32,000 nucleotides of DNA from Pseudodesulfovibrio piezophilus C1TLV30. GTDB lineage: Bacteria; Desulfobacterota; Desulfovibrionia; Desulfovibrionales; Desulfovibrionaceae. Both the position numbers and the translations under genes were made by a program. Shown piece after piece: positions 24,021-32,000 of this stretch. Location of the stretch: contig NC_020409.1 in the NCBI RefSeq assembly GCF_000341895.1, positions 990,001-1,022,000 of the forward strand. The letters run 5' to 3'. Below the pieces are notes generated by a model, which worked only from the letters and a program-made list of their open reading frames with translations, was not told where the DNA came from and made no database searches. Every line of letters starts with the position of its first letter. Position 1 is the stretch's first letter.

Positions 24021-25316
24021 CTAGCCCGCCCATTGCAAAAAGGAAAAAAGTGACACACCAAACAGAAAAAAGACTGTGCACGGTCCAACCAATTTACGCC
24101 ACGTTCTCCCTAGGTTGCACTCAAAGAACTGGCAGGTAAGAATAAAACAGATATGAATCGGAGAGATCATGACCCCGGTGAATCCGGCGAAAGTTGCCAG
24201 GACCAGATACGGGATCATCTGATCCTGCATCCCCAGATTGTGCAGAAGCCCCAAAAGCAGAGGGAAAGTTGCACCAACAAAGGCAACGTTGATCCCTGCG
24301 ACCATCCCAACAAGAAAGGGAAGAAAAACAGCCGCAGCAAACAACGCGGCTCCCCCACCGGCAGCTTCTGCCATTCGGTCCACGACACCGGAGGCCTGCA
24401 TGACGTCTTTGAAAATAAAAATGGCCACAATGACAAAAATCATCGACCACAAGGATTTTTTAGAAACAACATCCAGCAGAAAACGCAGGCCAAGGCTGGT
24501 ATTCTGCATCATCACTGCCAATATGCCAAGAACCAAGGCAATGATCACTCCCCACTCGAAATCAACACCCGGCATAAAGCTTGAAATAAATCCTTCCAGA
24601 CCAATGGCTCCGACAATGGCAAGCAGCAAAGGCAATCCCTGTCGAAAGACTGATCGCTTACTCCGAACCGTGACTGGTTGAGGAGCCATCAACTCTCCTT
24701 TACCCAGTACGCCTGGACGAAGAAAGAAAAACCAACCAGCCGCAATCATCACGATTGTCCCTGGCCATGTTTTTGAAATAAGATCAAGAATGGGAATATC
24801 TGCCAGAGCGACGGTCAATATGATGCCGGGATACAACGGCCAGCAGACCTCCCAGACATGGCGAAACCAATAGTTAACTACAGCCCGATCACTATTACTG
24901 ACATGCATATCTTCAGAAACAGTCTTGACCATGGGGGCGGAAAAGACGGCGCCGCCAGGCATGGGCAGCATGCCAATAAGGGCTGGGAAAAAAACAAGAC
25001 GCAGCCTGGGACTGGTTAGATAGCCGGAAAGTGCATCCATAAGTCTTCGAGACTGGCCGGACCGTTCCATAGCATCTGAAAGAATAAGAATCAGACCGAC
25101 AATAGCCGCCAGGAACAGGAACTTTTCCTGTGTCAGAGCCCAAAACCCCGTTTGTGCCCATTCCCCCAATCCAAGGCCGAAAAGCAATCCCAGAACGAGA
25201 CCGCCCGCCAAAATGGATATCCCAAGCCCGATTTTAAACCGCATGCCCGCCAGCATGACAACAAACGCGGTAATAACCTTAATAAACGGGAGGGATTTGA
25301 TAAAGATGTCTTCCAT
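24021..25316 (-). CDS. Polytopic membrane protein, DUF401-like / ion-transporter-superfamily permease
   Basis: The 431-aa protein has about 10-12 TM segments and the motif NYWFRHVWEVCWP, which I associate with the DUF401 family. An AAGGA SD lies 8 nt upstream. The nested overlapping ORFs (24121..24681) are low-complexity shadows. Confidence 0.8.
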   Translation of the reverse strand: MEDIFIKSLPFIKVITAFVVMLAGMRFKIGLGISILAGGLVLGLLFGLGLGEWAQTGFWALTQEKFLFLAAIVGLILILSDAMERSGQSRRLMDALSGYLTSPRLRLVFFPALIGMLPMPGGAVFSAPMVKTVSEDMHVSNSDRAVVNYWFRHVWEVCWPLYPGIILTVALADIPILDLISKTWPGTIVMIAAGWFFFLRPGVLGKGELMAPQPVTVRSKRSVFRQGLPLLLAIVGAIGLEGFISSFMPGVDFEWGVIIALVLGILAVMMQNTSLGLRFLLDVVSKKSLWSMIFVIVAIFIFKDVMQASGVVDRMAEAAGGGAALFAAAVFLPFLVGMVAGINVAFVGATFPLLLGLLHNLGMQDQMIPYLVLATFAGFTGVMISPIHICFILTCQFFECNLGRTWRKLVGPCTVFFLFGVSLFSFLQWAG

Positions 25317-25394
25317 GCACAGTCCTTCGAATTATTGAACACTTTCTTTTTCGCCTACGCCCTTTCAATCCGAAAGAAAACCGAAAAAGATGAG

Positions 25395-25410
25395 CGCAAA
25401 GGGATTACCA
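25395..25410 (-). promoter_or_regulatory. Sigma-54 (-24/-12) promoter candidate upstream of the DUF401-like gene
   Basis: The minus strand reads TGGTAA-TCCCT-TTGCG, with canonical GG/GC spacing and a full TTGC -12 element. The TGG TAA are the last sense codon and stop of the thermonuclease gene. It lies about 80 nt upstream of ATG 25316. Confidence 0.4.
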
Positions 25411-25854
25411 TGGCCGTTTTCCCCTTCCCGAATATGGATATGCCACCCCTTTCTCTATCAAATAGAGAGAGACATTCACGTCATCGGCATAGACATCTGC
25501 CAAAAGCCGAAAATACTTTCCACGCCTGACGTTACGAAGCGTCACCACGTCAGCGCGCTCGAAGAGTTGGACCAAAGCCTTTTGAGCTTTTACCGCTATA
25601 GATTGTATTGCCGGACGGTGATCTTTCATCTCCGGCGCATCACACCCTGCCAGACGCACACTGATTTCGTGACCAAGAACTGAAGGCCACTCAGGGATGG
25701 AAACAACAATGGTATCACCATCCACGACACGAACCAAAGACACAACGAATCCATCCCCTGCTGACAAACTTGTCGACACAGCCAGAAAAATAAGTATTAA
25801 AAGAATACGAGGCACATGAGTTTGTACCAACCGGAGACACTCTACTCCACACAA
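25405..25854 (-). CDS. Exported thermonuclease (staphylococcal nuclease, SNase-like) family protein
   Basis: It has a signal-like N-terminus (ILLILIFLAVSTSLSA) and SNase motifs VVDGDTIVV, VRLAGCDAPE and GKYFRLLADVY...NVSLYLIEKGVAYPY. It has a non-ATG start (TTG 25854 or GTG 25815). Confidence 0.85.
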   Translation of the reverse strand: MCGVECLRLVQTHVPRILLILIFLAVSTSLSAGDGFVVSLVRVVDGDTIVVSIPEWPSVLGHEISVRLAGCDAPEMKDHRPAIQSIAVKAQKALVQLFERADVVTLRNVRRGKYFRLLADVYADDVNVSLYLIEKGVAYPYSGRGKRPW

Positions 25855-25961
25855 TATTTATTAATATCATCAAAGCCCACCCTTGCCCCACGGGCAACAT
25901 TACGCTAGAGTATTGTCGCCCTATCGGGCCGGGAACATAACAATTTCGGAGTCGATATTAC

Positions 25962-26435
25962 ATGACCATGGACCCCAAACAAATTCGTCAGCACATATTC
26001 ACTGTCATCATCAACAAAGTCGAAGAGCAGGATGAAGCCAAACGTATTGATGCGCTCAATGAGTTCATGGCCGTCACCGGAACTGCCGGGAATGCTTCCG
26101 AGCAAATCGCGAGCCTTATTCCGCCACTGATGCATGACCTCTATGAAAAATGGATCACCATGTTCATTGATCGCCTTCTCGAGACAGTGCCACCGGAAAA
26201 CATTGAATTGCTCTGCGATGGCTGTGATGACAACAACGCAGCCCTCGCCCTCGCATACATCATGTTTCTTGAATCCGCGAAAATGGAAAAACAGATAGAT
26301 AAGGATCTCAAGGAACACGGCCTTACAGCCTCTGCGAATAACGAACTTGGGGATCTTGCCGCCAATTATATTCGGGCACAAATGGCAAAGATAGCCCAGC
26401 AGGAAAGCGACGACGAAATATCCGGCACCTGCTAG
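25962..26435 (+). CDS. Hypothetical acidic protein (157 aa)
   Basis: The ATG has a GGAG SD 12 nt upstream, the ORF is clean and a good terminator follows. The antisense ORF 25905..26381 lacks these signals. I recognise no family. Confidence 0.7.
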   Translation: MTMDPKQIRQHIFTVIINKVEEQDEAKRIDALNEFMAVTGTAGNASEQIASLIPPLMHDLYEKWITMFIDRLLETVPPENIELLCDGCDDNNAALALAYIMFLESAKMEKQIDKDLKEHGLTASANNELGDLAANYIRAQMAKIAQQESDDEISGTC

Positions 26436-26480
26436 AATCTATCCGCTTATCTTGCCACCTCCACTAAAGGTCTCAAGGCA

Positions 26481-26513
26481 AAGGCTTCGAACACAGTCTG
26501 TGTTCGAAGCCTT
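26481..26513 (+). terminator. Intrinsic terminator
   Basis: AAGGCTTCGAACACA-gtc-TGTGTTCGAAGCCTT is a 15-bp stem followed by TCTTCT. It lies between the convergent genes 25962..26435 (+) and 26568..26780 (-). Confidence 0.6.
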
Positions 26514-26567
26514 TCTTCTGAAAACATACTCGTTGTATGGGCGAAGTGGCCCACACATCATTTATGT

Positions 26568-26780
26568 TCATGAGGCTTTTTTCAAAAAACAGGTTTTCAA
26601 AACAACAACAGACTTGCCCACTTTACATTCCACCGCATCCGTACTGGATGTCAGGCGGATATTCTTGACGGCAGTGCCCCGTTTCAGGGTCTTTGACATC
26701 CCCTTGATCTTGAGGTCTTTGATCACGGTGACGGAATCCCCGTCGCTCAATATGTTACCGTTGCTATCCTTAACGTCCAT
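26568..26780 (-). CDS. PhnA-domain protein (C-terminal domain only, no zinc ribbon)
   Basis: MDVKDSNGNILSDGDSVTVIKDLKIKGMSKTLKRGTAVKNIRL...LKTCFLKKAS matches the PhnA C-terminal domain (vkDsnGn.L.dGDsV.liKDLKvKGss..lKrGT.vknIrL). ATG 26780 has a GGAG SD 5 nt upstream. The track start at 26813 overlaps proA. Confidence 0.8.
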   Translation of the reverse strand: MDVKDSNGNILSDGDSVTVIKDLKIKGMSKTLKRGTAVKNIRLTSSTDAVECKVGKSVVVLKTCFLKKAS

Positions 26781-26809
26781 TCTTTCTCCATTGAAGAGTG
26801 TTGACGGGA

Positions 26810-28069
26810 TCATTCCCGAATATGTCCTTCGCCCAGCAGCACAAACTTGGCACTGGTCAACTCCTTGATCCCCATGGGACCATAGGCGTGCAATTTGGAT
26901 GTCGAGATACCGATTTCAGCTCCAAGTCCGAGCTGTGCACCATCGTTAAAACGAGTCGTCGCATTGGCAACGACCAATGAAGCATCCACTTCACGAATGA
27001 AACGCATACAGTGCTCGTACTTTTCGCTGAGAATCGACTCTGTATGATTGGACCCGTGATCAGCAATAAAATCGATTGCCTCATCCAGAGAATCCACAAC
27101 TTTGACTGCCATGACCAGATCGAGAAACTCAAACCCCCAATCACTTGCCTCTGCACTCTCTGCCGTATCACCAAGCAATGGCAATGCGCGCTCACAAGCC
27201 TTGAACCGCACCCCACCAGAGCCAAGCCGGGCCGCAACTTCAGGCAGCAAAGTTGCAGCTATATCCTTGTGAACCAATAAACATTCAAGAGCATTGCAGC
27301 CACTGGGATACTGGGTCTTGGCATTCTCAATGATGGAGACAGCTTTGGGAACGTCGCAGGAGTCGTCAGCAAAGATGTGGCACACACCCTTGTAATGCTT
27401 GAGGACCGGCATGGTCGCTTGTTCTGTGACAGCACGAATCAGGCCCTCCCCACCACGCGGAATGACCACATCGATATACTTATCCAGCTTGAGCATTTCC
27501 GCTACGGCTTCCCTGTCCGCAGTGGGCGGAACCTGGACTGCTTCTCGGGGCAACCCGGCCATTTCAAGAGCCTGATGCATGAGGTCTGCCAAGCATCTAT
27601 TCGAGTGAAAAGCTTCTGAACCACCGCGTAAAATCACGGAGTTGCCAGCTTTCAAACACAGAATACCGGCATCAACAGTAGCATTGGGACGCGATTCGTA
27701 AATCATCGCCACCACACCGAGAGGAACCCGCATACGGCCAACCAACATTCCGTTAGGACGTTTGCTCATGGATTCAATTTCACCTATAGGGTCCGGCATG
27801 GCCGCGACATCCCGGCATCCCTGGATCATGGATGCCAACACTTTCTCGCTGATGGTCAAGCGCTGAACACGAGCCTTGTCCAAACCACGTTCATTCGCAG
27901 CATCAAGGTCAAGCTGATTCGCCTCACCAATAGCTTTGGATTCACTCTCCAGCAAATCAGCCAGATGAAGCAGTGCATCCTGTTTGGCCGACCCTGAAGC
28001 TTTCGATAATGCACGAGCCGCCTTGACTGCGCTTATGCCCATATCAACCATCTGTTCGCGAATTCCCAT
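26810..28069 (-). CDS. proA: Gamma-glutamyl phosphate reductase
   Basis: The 419-aa protein has ProA hallmarks: N-terminal [24 protein letters not shown], ...[12 protein letters not shown]..., the catalytic Cys context [11 protein letters not shown], and C-terminal [20 protein letters not shown]-like [18 protein letters not shown]. Confidence 0.95.
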   Translation of the reverse strand: [419 protein letters not shown]

Positions 28070-28295
28070 ACCGGCTCCTTATACTCTGAAAACTACAACC
28101 GAATATTATTCATTTTTCATGAAGTCATTGTGCTAAACCGGGGTGAGGGAAAATGTCAAACAGCCCTGAGACGTATATTCTTCATTTTAGAGGTATCTGA
28201 ACCACCAGTTTTACGTATTTTGTCATTTCTTCATGAAATTCAATTTGGGGAACGTTTGATTTTGTCGAAATGACACCCTGATTCCAAAATAGCCT

Positions 28296-28324
28296 TTGAC
28301 CTTTTTGACAATTTTGCTTATCAA
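28296..28324 (+). promoter_or_regulatory. Sigma-70-like promoter candidate for the TPR-iorAB unit
   Basis: TTGACC-N17-TATCAA, about 75 nt upstream of ATG 28399. Confidence 0.3.
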
Positions 28325-28398
28325 GCGCTTTGCGCTGTCGCGGCACGGTTTCCGGTCCCGCAGCCCTTATATACACCTTATGGAGGACAGTAAAACCA

Positions 28399-29052
28399 AT
28401 GGTTGAAAACAATACTGACGGGCAGGAAATTCTCGACAACATCGAGTCCCATGTACCGACTCAACTGCACCCCATTCTTGAGGCCGTTTTCAAACACCAG
28501 AAACAGGTTGTCATCGGTGTCAGTGCCGTCATCCTTGTGGCTGCTGTCTACACGGGAATGACCATCTACAATCAGCATGCCATGAAAACGGCGCAGGCCA
28601 AACTCGGCACAATCCTGATCGAGGCCGCAGGGGATGAAAAGCTTTCCCAACTCCAAGATCTTCTGAACGCCGCACCTTCAGGTGCTCACCCTGCCATTTT
28701 GCTTGAGCTGGCTCAAAGCTGCATGAAAAATGAACAATACGAAAAAAGCTCACAGTATTGGGACCAACTCGCCAAAGCTTCTGACGATGATCTTCAAATC
28801 GTCGCTCGCCTCGGCAAGGCCAAGACTTTGACTCTGGCTGGCAAAGGCGCTGAAGCCGTCCCCATCTTGCAGGACATAGCCGAAGCAGCATCGACAGAAT
28901 TTACCATCAGCGTGAACCGTCAGTTGGCAATTGCCGCCGAACAAGCGGGGGAAACTGATGTTGCTCTGAAAGCGTATCAAAAACTGGCAGAGCAGCCGAT
29001 CGCCGACAAACCCTTCATTCAATTTAAAATAGCAGAACTGGAAGCCAAGTAA
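28399..29052 (+). CDS. Membrane-anchored TPR-like protein (YfgM-like architecture)
   Basis: ATG 28399 has a GGAGGA SD 11 nt upstream, and the track start at 28330 is unlikely. It has one TM segment (VVIGVSAVILVAAVYTGMTIY) followed by a helical Ala/Leu-rich TPR-like domain. Confidence 0.75.
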   Translation: MVENNTDGQEILDNIESHVPTQLHPILEAVFKHQKQVVIGVSAVILVAAVYTGMTIYNQHAMKTAQAKLGTILIEAAGDEKLSQLQDLLNAAPSGAHPAILLELAQSCMKNEQYEKSSQYWDQLAKASDDDLQIVARLGKAKTLTLAGKGAEAVPILQDIAEAASTEFTISVNRQLAIAAEQAGETDVALKAYQKLAEQPIADKPFIQFKIAELEAK

Positions 29053-29090
29053 CCGCGCTCCTGCGCAGACCCTACGGAGAGATATACCCC

Positions 29091-30926
29091 ATGGCAAACC
29101 CGCTCTTGGCCGATACGCCCGGCGAAACGCACCTCCTCCTCGGCAACGAAGCGATCGTCCGAGGAGCCATTGAGGCTGGAGTGCAGGTAGTAACCTGCTA
29201 TCCGGGCACTCCATCGTCCGAAGTTCCTGATACCTTCTTCCGCATTTCCCCTGACGGGAAGTTCTACTTTGAATACTCCGTCAATGAAAAAGTCGCCCTT
29301 GAGGTTGCTGGCGGCGCGACCTTGTCCGGAGCGATGACACTCTGCACCATGAAGCATGTTGGCGTGAATGTCGCGGCTGATCCACTCATGACCATGTGCT
29401 ACACAGGGGCACCAGGAGGCCTTATGCTCCTGTCGGCGGATGACCCTGGCTGTCATTCCAGCCAGAATGAGCAGGATAATCGAATTTATGCCCGCATTGC
29501 GGGTATGCCGGTTCTGGAGCCTGCCACGGCGCAGGAAGCCAAGGACATGACCCGCGATGGCCTAGCTCTCTCCAAGAAATACGGAGCTCCGATTCTTCTT
29601 CGCACAACAACCCGCGTCAATCACCTGCGCGGCTCGGTTGAATTCGGCCATGCCCCTGATCCGGGAAAAGCCGAAGGATTCAAACGCGATCCATCGCGTT
29701 TCGTCCCTATCCCGGCCTTTGCACGCCCCATGCATATCGCGTTGATGGAACGCATGGAAAATCTTCGACATGAAGCGGAGCATTCTCCGTATAACACCGT
29801 TTCCGGCGACGGAGAAATAGGTATCATCTGTTCCGGCATCAGCCGTGCCTACGTGGCAGACGCCCTTGAACATGCTGGCCTGACAGGTTCAGTCAAAGTG
29901 CTTGAACTCGGCTTCTCAAACCCGATGCCTGAAAATCTGTGTCTTGATTTCATCAAATCCGTGACCAAAGTTCTGGTCGTTGAAGAGTTGGAGCCGGTCG
30001 TGGAGAACGAGATACGCGTTCTGGCTCAGAAGAATTCTTTGGATGTGGAAATTATCGGAAAAGATGTATTGCCTCGAAATGGGGAATTCAGCGTCACCAT
30101 GGTCGAAAATGTCATTTGTGAGATGACTGGGAACCCCCTTGTCGCTCAATGTGCCTGCGAATTACCGCAGCTTCCTGTCCGGCCACCGAACCTGTGTGCA
30201 GGCTGTCCCCACCGTGGGACTTACTTTGCCGCCAAAAAAGTGTTTGGTGACGAAGCCATCTACTCATCTGATATAGGCTGTTACACACTTGGAATTCTGC
30301 CACCGCTCCAGGCTGCCGATTTCCTGCTCTGCATGGGGTCATCTATTTCTGCCGGATGTGGCGCAGCCAAAGCGGCAGACCAAACCGTGGTTGCATTCAT
30401 CGGCGATTCCACCTTCTTCCATTCCGGCCTGACCGGTGTTGCCAACGCTGTCTTCAATAGTCATGACATACTGCTGGTTGTCCTGGATAACCGCACCACA
30501 GCCATGACCGGCCATCAACCACATCCCGGAGTGGACAAGACCATCCTGGGTGATAATGATCATCCGCTGGATATCGAATCTGCCGTGCGAGGGCTTGGCG
30601 TGACCGAAATTCGTAACGTCAATCCATTCAATCAGAAAAAGACTCTGGCCGCCTTTGAAGAATTGAAGGCAATGAAGGGCGTCCGAGTCCTTATCGCCAA
30701 GGAGCCATGTCCACTCTACTCACGCCGCGTCTACAAGAAAATCGCCCCACAGGTCGCCTATGTGGCTGATTCCTGTACAGGCCGATTCGACTGTCTGGAC
30801 AAGCTGGCCTGCCCTGCCATGTACAAGGAAGGGGACAAGGCAGCAGTCAACCCGATCCTGTGTAACGGCTGTATGCTCTGTTTACAGGTCTGTGGTCACA
30901 TCAAAGCGAAGAAGAGGGGCAGCTAA
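29091..30926 (+). CDS. iorA: Indolepyruvate:ferredoxin oxidoreductase, alpha subunit
   Basis: The 611-aa protein has the IorA N-terminus LLLGNEAIVRGAIEAGVQVVTCYPGTPSSE, the TPP-binding GDSTFFHSG...NRTTAMTGHQ motif and a C-terminal ferredoxin-like Cys cluster. Confidence 0.95.
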   Translation: MANPLLADTPGETHLLLGNEAIVRGAIEAGVQVVTCYPGTPSSEVPDTFFRISPDGKFYFEYSVNEKVALEVAGGATLSGAMTLCTMKHVGVNVAADPLMTMCYTGAPGGLMLLSADDPGCHSSQNEQDNRIYARIAGMPVLEPATAQEAKDMTRDGLALSKKYGAPILLRTTTRVNHLRGSVEFGHAPDPGKAEGFKRDPSRFVPIPAFARPMHIALMERMENLRHEAEHSPYNTVSGDGEIGIICSGISRAYVADALEHAGLTGSVKVLELGFSNPMPENLCLDFIKSVTKVLVVEELEPVVENEIRVLAQKNSLDVEIIGKDVLPRNGEFSVTMVENVICEMTGNPLVAQCACELPQLPVRPPNLCAGCPHRGTYFAAKKVFGDEAIYSSDIGCYTLGILPPLQAADFLLCMGSSISAGCGAAKAADQTVVAFIGDSTFFHSGLTGVANAVFNSHDILLVVLDNRTTAMTGHQPHPGVDKTILGDNDHPLDIESAVRGLGVTEIRNVNPFNQKKTLAAFEELKAMKGVRVLIAKEPCPLYSRRVYKKIAPQVAYVADSCTGRFDCLDKLACPAMYKEGDKAAVNPILCNGCMLCLQVCGHIKAKKRGS

Positions 30927-30929
30927 CCC

Positions 30930-31526
30930 ATGAGTGATACAAAAAAAATTCGCATATTCATGACCGGTGTGGGCGGCCAAGGAACCTTGACCGCAACCAC
31001 CCTGCTCGCCAAGACTGTCCTCAGTCAGGGACTGCCTGTCACTTCCGGTGAGATTCATGGCATGGCTCAGCGCGGTGGTGTTGTGGAATCCACTGTGCTG
31101 ATCGGCTGCAAATCTCCCAAAATAGGTCATGGTGAGGCCGATATCCTGTTGGGATTCGAACCGATGGAAACCATGCGAGCCCTGCCATATCTGAAGGAAG
31201 GAGGCCTGGTGGTCTCGAGCATTGAGTTCATGCCGCCTCTTTCCGTAGCCATGGGGACACAGGACTGTCCCACGATTGATGATATCAAAAAAGCCGTGTC
31301 TTCATGTACGGACAAGGCATACTTCATGTCCAGTCAAACCATCGGACTTGAAGCAGGCGCTGTTCAATCCGGCAACATAGCCATGCTGGCTGCATTATGC
31401 GCCGCTGGCGAACTTCCCTTCGGTCCCGAAGCACTGGAAGCAACCATCAAGGCCAATCTTCCCGAGAAGATTCAGGCTGTAAACCTCAAAGCCCTGGAGC
31501 TTGGCGTCAAGGCACTTGACGTCTAG
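30930..31526 (+). CDS. iorB: Indolepyruvate:ferredoxin oxidoreductase, beta subunit
   Basis: The 198-aa protein has the motif GVGGQGTLTATTLLA...GEIHGMAQRGGVV, typical of the 2-oxoacid:ferredoxin oxidoreductase gamma-like IorB. It starts 3 nt after iorA. Confidence 0.93.
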   Translation: MSDTKKIRIFMTGVGGQGTLTATTLLAKTVLSQGLPVTSGEIHGMAQRGGVVESTVLIGCKSPKIGHGEADILLGFEPMETMRALPYLKEGGLVVSSIEFMPPLSVAMGTQDCPTIDDIKKAVSSCTDKAYFMSSQTIGLEAGAVQSGNIAMLAALCAAGELPFGPEALEATIKANLPEKIQAVNLKALELGVKALDV

Positions 31527-31537
31527 AGAAAGGAAAC

Positions 31538-32000
31538 ATGGCTTATACACAACAGGACCCCTCCGACCTCAGCTACCTGGTCACACTCAAAATGGTGCAG
31601 GAGACGCTGAAACGGGATGCCCCGCTTGAGGAGTCACTGAACGCACTGCTCAAAATCCTGGCACAGGATATGGAGTACGTCAGGGCCTTCATGGTCATCA
31701 TGGACCCCAAGACCGAGAACCTCAAACTCTCGCTCACATACAGTCCGGCCCAGGCAGATGATGTCACCTATTCGCCTGGACGCGGCATTATCGGCCGTGT
31801 CTTCGATTCCGGTGAATCCATAACCGTGACACGGATGTCCGACGATTCAGAATTCCTCAACAAGGCTTTCGGCCGAAGTGAAGAAGAACTGAAAAAGCTC
31901 GGTTTCATCTGCGTTCCGGTCGTTAACCGCCGTTCTGAGGAAGAAGAAGTCATCGGAGCGCTTTCTGTCGACGTTCCACTGATTCCAGCTGATGACATGG
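31538..32000 (+). CDS. GAF-domain protein, probably the N-terminus of a sigma-54-dependent (NifA-like) regulator; the 3' end runs off the right edge
   Basis: Not in the ORF track because there is no stop in-window. Hand translation from ATG 31538 (AGAAAGGAAAC upstream) gives MAYTQQDPSDLSYLVTLKMVQETLKRDAPLEESLNALLKILAQDMEYVRAFMVIMDP...GRGIIGRVFDSGESITV...LGFICVPVV...VIGALSVD, a GAF-like pattern open to base 32000. The antisense track ORFs (31573..31998) are shadows. Confidence 0.7.
   Translation, partial: MAYTQQDPSDLSYLVTLKMVQETLKRDAPLEESLNALLKILAQDMEYVRAFMVIMDPKTENLKLSLTYSPAQADDVTYSPGRGIIGRVFDSGESITVTRMSDDSEFLNKAFGRSEEELKKLGFICVPVVNRRSEEEEVIGALSVDVPLIPADDM

Noticed and set aside
1-32000. A search for CRISPR arrays, IS elements, integrases, prophage or toxin-antitoxin/defence islands, and tRNA/rRNA genes
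   Set aside because: I saw no regularly spaced direct repeats, no transposase, integrase or phage-like ORFs, no terminal inverted repeats and no cloverleaf-like tRNA sequences. Gene content and packing look like core chromosome.

Overview
The window looks like ordinary chromosome from a Desulfovibrionales-type sulfate reducer. That taxon call is an inference from gene content: a Dsr/Hmc/Tmc-like membrane redox module, IorAB, and three sigma-54 enhancer-binding proteins (EBPs) in 32 kb. I support 33 protein-coding genes, two of which run off the window edges and are absent from the ORF track, plus one decayed thioredoxin-fold remnant. I saw no rRNA, tRNA, CRISPR array, transposase, integrase or phage genes. 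Left to right the genes are as follows. (1) A minus-strand operon encodes a NifB/NifX-domain protein, a Trp-rich ~10-repeat protein (TmcD-like), a NarI/DsrM-type cytochrome b and a DsrK/HdrD-type Fe-S protein. It is preceded by a -24/-12 promoter candidate and by a PAS-type sigma-54 EBP with a 4-Cys motif. (2) A plus-strand operon encodes a His-rich-loop membrane protein, a MarR regulator and an exported rhodanese, with a palindromic operator in its promoter. (3) A 992-aa REC-PAS-AAA+ sigma-54 regulator lies divergent from an 80-aa Cys-containing protein. (4) Next come a CheY-like receiver, a GT4 glycosyltransferase and a cyclophilin PPIase. (5) An acyl-CoA synthetase and a 1112-aa hybrid histidine kinase follow. 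(6) azlCD lies divergent from a MocR-type regulator, followed by rarD. (7) A thermonuclease is followed by a cluster of a DUF401-like membrane protein, a 126-aa hypothetical and a CCG Fe-S protein, which has a second -24/-12 promoter candidate. (8) Finally there are a PhnA-domain protein, proA, a TPR membrane protein, iorAB and the start of a GAF-domain regulator. The best candidates for undescribed biology are the sigma-54-controlled Tmc-like module with its repeat protein and NifX-domain partner, the DUF401/126-aa/CCG cluster, and an orphan terminator with two upstream hairpins in a divergent intergenic region (possible sRNA). All family calls rest on motifs read by eye; no database search was run.
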